A DNA stretch of 57,128 nucleotides from a virus (lineage: Duplodnaviria; Caudoviricetes), in IMG/VR virus record IMGVR_UViG_3300032282_001405, positions 1 through 57,128 of that record. The stretch is one strand, 5' to 3'. Each line of letters opens with the position of its first letter. Position 1 is the first letter of the stretch. Positions 52,946 through 57,128 of the stretch are shown piece by piece. The translations under genes were made by a program, and so were the position numbers. The notes beneath the pieces are model-generated. The model saw only the letters and a program-made list of their open reading frames with translations, had not been told where the DNA came from and made no database searches.

Positions 52946-54966
52946 TATGGATTGCCCGTTCCGCGCACGTCGCCTGTATCGAGGCTCAAGAGCACTTTAC
53001 CCATGAAATAGTTTCCGTTGTAGGTGTTTGATCCAAAACGCAAACGCATCTCACGGCGCTGTTCACGCATGTCTACCTTCAGGGTGTCAACTTCAAAGTA
53101 GTAAGGGTCAGATGGATTGTCGATGTCATCAGCGTAGCCCTTACCAGTGACGACAAGGTACATCTGCTCAGATTGCACAAAGTCAGGCTCAACACGCTCA
53201 CAGCGCGTCCAGACATTGTCACCCGGTTGTGCTGTCGTGCCCACCAATCCCGCATACGTACCCAACGCAGGCGTCTCAAAGTACGAATCTATAGCATCCA
53301 CAAAGTTCAAGTAGATCTGGTTAACGCCTGTCTCGTGTTGCCACAGGGTATAGGTGTTCACGTTGTTCACCTCGTTGCCAGCCCAGATAGGTTGGCGGAA
53401 AACTTCGGAGAAAGTGCCAGCGGAGCGGTACGCGCCCGGCGCCTGCCCCGCGTCGTACCAAACCTTTTCACGCACGTTGTAGATCACCGCATCATTGCAC
53501 TCAGTCGCATCACCGCGTGGGTAGAAGAACCATATCTCACCCCAGCGTGGCACCTTAGTCACCCACACCTTTTGGCGCTGTACGTAGTTCAAGTTATCAA
53601 AGAACCAGTTCATGTTCTGTGTATTGGGGACTTCTTGTACAACACCGTTGTACATCAAGAAGCGATCAGTTCCAGCCCAATAGAAGATGCCGTCATACTC
53701 AATCACGCATGACGAAGACATGATCGAGCTTTGGCTAGAAATCAGGTCATACTTCCAGAAGTAATCGATACCACCCACAGTAGACGGTGAGTAGGTGACC
53801 CGCACCACGGAATCTAGCGTCCAGAATAGGCCAGCAGGCGACGTTGTACCGCCACGCAAGGGTAGCCCTTTGACTACCTTACCAGTCGATACAGACGTCT
53901 CGTTGGCGTCCGCAGACACCCAGTCATTGAAGTTGCCTGCTGAACTGTTTTTAATCAATCCATAGTTGCCGTAGACAAACAGGTAAGGGTGAAGCATCAC
54001 CACGCCACCAGACACTGATACGTTAGCGTCAAATGTCAGAGTAGCGTAGACGTTGAATGTCAGACCAGTAGTTGTGCCTGCGGTAGTTGTGATGGCTGTG
54101 CCACCCAATGTTGCAGACAAAGTAAACGTGCTGGTTGTGTTGGTAGCAATTACATAGTAAGTTCCAGCCGCAATACCTGTGGCCGTGCCTGTAAGAGTTC
54201 CTGCAACAACAACGGTTTGTCCAACTGCAATATTTGTAGTGGCGGTGCATGAAAACTGACCAGCAGTACCAGTGACCGCTACGGCGGCCAATGCGGCGGC
54301 TGGTGTGGATGCTGTTGCGTTGGCGCTTAAAACAACCGTCCAGACAGTTGAAACAGTAGAAGCCGATACAACAGTGGTTCCCGATGGAATGCCAGTACCA
54401 GAGACGCTTACGCCAGCACCCATAGCCACGTTAGTAGCTGGAAATGTTGTAGTGGCTGAACCGCTGGTAGTGATAGCGTTGGCAGTAAAAACGCCTACAG
54501 GAGCCAAGGTGGTGTTGGGGAACTGACCATACAAAGGGCGAGTGTTCTCAATGCTGTCAATGTTGGTGAGGTTTTGACCGGGATGAGCAATCAGGTTATT
54601 TACCCCTGCACCAGTCGAGTCATATCCAATATCAAACTGCCACAAGTTGTTATCACTTGCAGTAAACCCAGTCATCGTAAAGTCAGTGGGGCCAGATCCG
54701 ATACCGTCATCGTTGTCTGTCGTCCATTGTTGAAGCTTGTTGTTTGTTCCAGAGATGACGTAGTTCAAGCCATTGGTAGAACTCATGGTCATGCCACGAG
54801 ATATACCAGATGCGTTCAAGAAGATGCCGCGGTAGCCAGCCATCTTGCGGGGTAGGCCGTTTTGAAAGCGTACCCACTGCCCATCCATGTAGGACGGGGC
54901 GTTGAAGATGGTGCCGTCGCGCTGGATGCCCGGTTTGATTTGGAGCGCAACAACCTTCGCCGTCAT
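52945..54966 (-). CDS. Tail nozzle/packaged-DNA stabilisation protein (P22 gp10-like) with inserted Thr-rich domains
   Basis: KPGIQRDGT, WVRF..G.P.K, FLMYNGVVQEVP, EIWFFYP, VIYNVREKVWY. Confidence 0.65.
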   Translation of the reverse strand: MTAKVVALQIKPGIQRDGTIFNAPSYMDGQWVRFQNGLPRKMAGYRGIFLNASGISRGMTMSSTNGLNYVISGTNNKLQQWTTDNDDGIGSGPTDFTMTGFTASDNNLWQFDIGYDSTGAGVNNLIAHPGQNLTNIDSIENTRPLYGQFPNTTLAPVGVFTANAITTSGSATTTFPATNVAMGAGVSVSGTGIPSGTTVVSASTVSTVWTVVLSANATASTPAAALAAVAVTGTAGQFSCTATTNIAVGQTVVVAGTLTGTATGIAAGTYYVIATNTTSTFTLSATLGGTAITTTAGTTTGLTFNVYATLTFDANVSVSGGVVMLHPYLFVYGNYGLIKNSSAGNFNDWVSADANETSVSTGKVVKGLPLRGGTTSPAGLFWTLDSVVRVTYSPSTVGGIDYFWKYDLISSQSSIMSSSCVIEYDGIFYWAGTDRFLMYNGVVQEVPNTQNMNWFFDNLNYVQRQKVWVTKVPRWGEIWFFYPRGDATECNDAVIYNVREKVWYDAGQAPGAYRSAGTFSEVFRQPIWAGNEVNNVNTYTLWQHETGVNQIYLNFVDAIDSYFETPALGTYAGLVGTTAQPGDNVWTRCERVEPDFVQSEQMYLVVTGKGYADDIDNPSDPYYFEVDTLKVDMREQRREMRLRFGSNTYNGNYFMGKVLLSLDTGDVRGTGNP

Positions 54967-56189
54967 GTAAACGTACCCCCAGCAATACCGTTAGGCACCG
55001 CCAAACCAGTTGATGACAATGTCATCCGATTTGAACCACTCGTAGAAAATCCTAACTGCCCACTAGCGGCCAAGTACAAACCAGTTGTCGTATCGCTAGT
55101 AAACGCCAATGATGGCGCCGCGGCAGAGCCTGCACCTAACTTCAAAGCAGAGATCGTGCTTGATGTAGATGTCTGTGCGTTATATACGTTTGTTCCATCA
55201 CAAATCGCAATAATCGTTTCATTTGAAGGCAGGACAACAGTGGTAGCGCCTACAGCAGTTGTTTTAAATGTCAGTGTAAATGCGCCTGTAGTCTTGTTTT
55301 GCAAAGAATACAGTTGAACTGTAGATGGAAGAACCACAATACAGTTTGACGTCAGAGTGCCTGTGTACTCTTGTATGGTGCTAGACGCCTCAACCACAGT
55401 CAAAGTTACCGTACCGCCAGTAACTACCTTATTTAGCTGGGTATAGACAAATGTGGCTGATTGGCCATAGCCGTATGAGTTGTAGCCTGTTGTTCCGTTT
55501 GAGACAAGGACAAACGATTCTGCTAGTTGAAGTTGCGCTTGGGAATTTCCATCAATCGTATCGCTACCAGCGGGATAGACAGTCAAGATGCCCGTACCGT
55601 TGTTGCGGATCATTACAAACCAGTTGTTTCCAACGCTTGCCGCGGTTGGCAGTGTCATGCTTCCTGCGCCACTTTGCCATACAAGGAAAGATGCTCTATC
55701 TACGTTGGTTAACGTGTAGTTAGAGTAAACGCTTGTTAATGGGTAAGACTGGTTTAGCGTTGTGCTAGTTGCAACCAATCCATATCCAGCCAAATCAGCG
55801 GCATTTGCGGAGGAGGTGCCAGCGCCAAAGGTGACCGATGACCAAGTGCCTGCGATCGTGGTGTTGTTAGTCACATAGACATATTGAGCCACACCAGAGG
55901 CCACAGAAACAATGGTTGCCAAAGTAGTGTTCTTGACAACCGTAAATGAATAAGAACCAGTATTTCGGATCAACGCACTTTGACCATCTGACACCTGAGT
56001 TGCAGGCGGCATGATCAGCTTAAAGCCTGCGGCGGATGCTGAAACCTCAATGATGTTAGCTACAACGTCAGAAGTGTTGCCATTGATTGGCCACTGTAAT
56101 TCTGTGTCTGCGGTCAGCGAGATGTATTCATAACCCACTTGTGATGGGTTAATCGTCTGTCCTGTGTAGGGATTGGTGTATGTTGTCAT
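54963..56189 (-). CDS. Tail structural protein
   Basis: Beta-rich TLPTAA..NNGTG motifs, GSAAAPSLAF.SDTTTGLY. Confidence 0.6.
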   Translation of the reverse strand: MTTYTNPYTGQTINPSQVGYEYISLTADTELQWPINGNTSDVVANIIEVSASAAGFKLIMPPATQVSDGQSALIRNTGSYSFTVVKNTTLATIVSVASGVAQYVYVTNNTTIAGTWSSVTFGAGTSSANAADLAGYGLVATSTTLNQSYPLTSVYSNYTLTNVDRASFLVWQSGAGSMTLPTAASVGNNWFVMIRNNGTGILTVYPAGSDTIDGNSQAQLQLAESFVLVSNGTTGYNSYGYGQSATFVYTQLNKVVTGGTVTLTVVEASSTIQEYTGTLTSNCIVVLPSTVQLYSLQNKTTGAFTLTFKTTAVGATTVVLPSNETIIAICDGTNVYNAQTSTSSTISALKLGAGSAAAPSLAFTSDTTTGLYLAASGQLGFSTSGSNRMTLSSTGLAVPNGIAGGTFT

Positions 56190-56190
56190 G

Positions 56191-56829
56191 TTAAGAGTCC
56201 ACGGCTATAGCTGAACGATCACCAACACGAGCGACGTCTTCCGTCTTCAGTGCGGTAATGGCTTCGGTGTATTTTTGCTGAAATATCGCACGCGCATCGT
56301 TCTTTAAGAACGGCATCGCCTGCAACAGGGTTCCGTACAGCATCGCATTGGGTGCGTACTGGGTAAGCCAGTTGGTCTGGTTTGTCGAGCTTAAAGGCGC
56401 TATACGCTCGTAGTACAGCACCTCAAAGGTGTATGCCTGATCTGGCGTAGGAGCCAAGTACCAGTGTTCATAATCGGTGTCTGCGTAATACTTAGGCAAG
56501 CCTGTTTCGGTGACGGTTGGCCAATAATTCTTGAGGTACTCAAACTTGCGCAAAAAGACGGGTTCCATAGTCGTGCCGTTATTGACACTCATAGATACAG
56601 TTTTGCGCCAGCGTGCAGGCTTAGCCAATGTAGGCTCGTCTGGTGTAACTGTAGAGTTAGCCACCGTCAGTTGGCCTAGTGTCTTAATTTCTTGCGCGAT
56701 TTCAAACTCGCACAAAGTGATGAATGTGGGGATAGCGGCGACAACGGCGGCGTCACTACGCTCAAGGTACTGAAGCACCGTGCTCGTCAGTGAGTCGTAT
56801 GTCATCACCCATGATGGTGTCGTTGCCAT
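56191..56829 (-). CDS. Head-tail adaptor protein
   Basis: MTYDSL...IPTFI, GLPKYY, LAPTPDQAY, TNWLTQYAPNAMLYGTL. Confidence 0.7.
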   Translation of the reverse strand: MATTPSWVMTYDSLTSTVLQYLERSDAAVVAAIPTFITLCEFEIAQEIKTLGQLTVANSTVTPDEPTLAKPARWRKTVSMSVNNGTTMEPVFLRKFEYLKNYWPTVTETGLPKYYADTDYEHWYLAPTPDQAYTFEVLYYERIAPLSSTNQTNWLTQYAPNAMLYGTLLQAMPFLKNDARAIFQQKYTEAITALKTEDVARVGDRSAIAVDS

Positions 56830-56851
56830 ATTTGCCCTTTATATATACCTT

Positions 56852-56880
56852 ATTGTCCCATTACCTGAAGATGGCGGCAA
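56852..56880 (-). promoter_or_regulatory. Possible promoter for the adaptor-tail-ejection operon
   Basis: TTGCCG-N17-GACAAT in the intergenic region. Confidence 0.35.
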
Positions 56881-56882
56881 CC

Positions 56883-57128
56883 CTATGACAGGAAAATCGC
56901 ACGCTCATCTTTGCGGCGGTTCTCTAACCCTTTGAGGATCTTTCCACCAGCCTTGCAATACTTCAACAACTCTTCTGCCGCGCCTTCCATATCCCCGCGC
57001 AGAACCTTTTGACGGAGGGTTGAGCGCTGTAGTGTTCCCAGACCAACATTGAAACTAAAAGATATGAGAGCATCGTACTGACCCTGAGTGAGGGGAACAG
57101 GACAGAACTGAACCACACCTCGCTCAAA
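56883..57128 (-). CDS. Endolysin, GH24 phage lysozyme, C-terminal part
   Basis: QGQYDALISFSFNVGLG...STL...KGLENRRKDE is the typical GH24 C-terminal signature. Confidence 0.92.
   Translation of the reverse strand, partial: FERGVVQFCPVPLTQGQYDALISFSFNVGLGTLQRSTLRQKVLRGDMEGAAEELLKYCKAGGKILKGLENRRKDERAIFLS
57006..57128. repeat. Direct terminal repeat (circular assembly overlap), right copy
   Basis: Identical to 1-123. Confidence 0.97.

Noticed and set aside
625-56773. Numerous plus-strand ORFs opposite the structural genes
   Set aside because: Antisense shadows of well-supported minus-strand genes, with no recognisable motifs
57006-57128. 123-bp terminal repeat as a biological terminal repeat
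   Set aside because: It falls in the middle of the endolysin gene, as expected for an assembler overlap of a circular contig
1-57128. Stop-codon reassignment
   Set aside because: Long ORFs tile the genome under the standard code, and TAA, TGA and TAG all end genes

Overview
The window is an apparently complete, circularly assembled tailed dsDNA phage genome. It has 57,005 unique bp, because bases 1-123 are repeated at 57006-57128 and a GH24 endolysin reads across the join. The architecture is podovirus-like: terS, terL, P22-type portal, GroES-like chaperonin, scaffold, major capsid protein, adaptor and nozzle, tail fibres, lysis genes, and ejection proteins including an SLT transglycosylase. 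It also carries a Cro-like HTH, a ParB-like protein, an SF2 helicase, a TOPRIM primase, RuvC, an SSB-like protein and a PD-(D/E)XK exonuclease. I saw no DNA polymerase, integrase, tRNA or CRISPR array. Four observations stand out. (1) A short [F/Y/M/L/K]-A/K-x-G-G peptide motif punctuates two large multidomain proteins inserted between terL and portal, falls at their domain boundaries, and recurs in several other head and ejection proteins; this is a candidate cargo-loading or polyprotein-processing system. (2) Two C4/CI-like RNA elements share one architecture but have different loop-bulge complementarities, and one heads a ~365-nt structured non-coding unit. (3) A 25-bp palindrome occurs both inside the ParB-like gene and upstream of the head operon. 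(4) A promoter-stem-loop-RBS cassette is repeated five times. All product calls come from motif recognition by eye, with no database searches.
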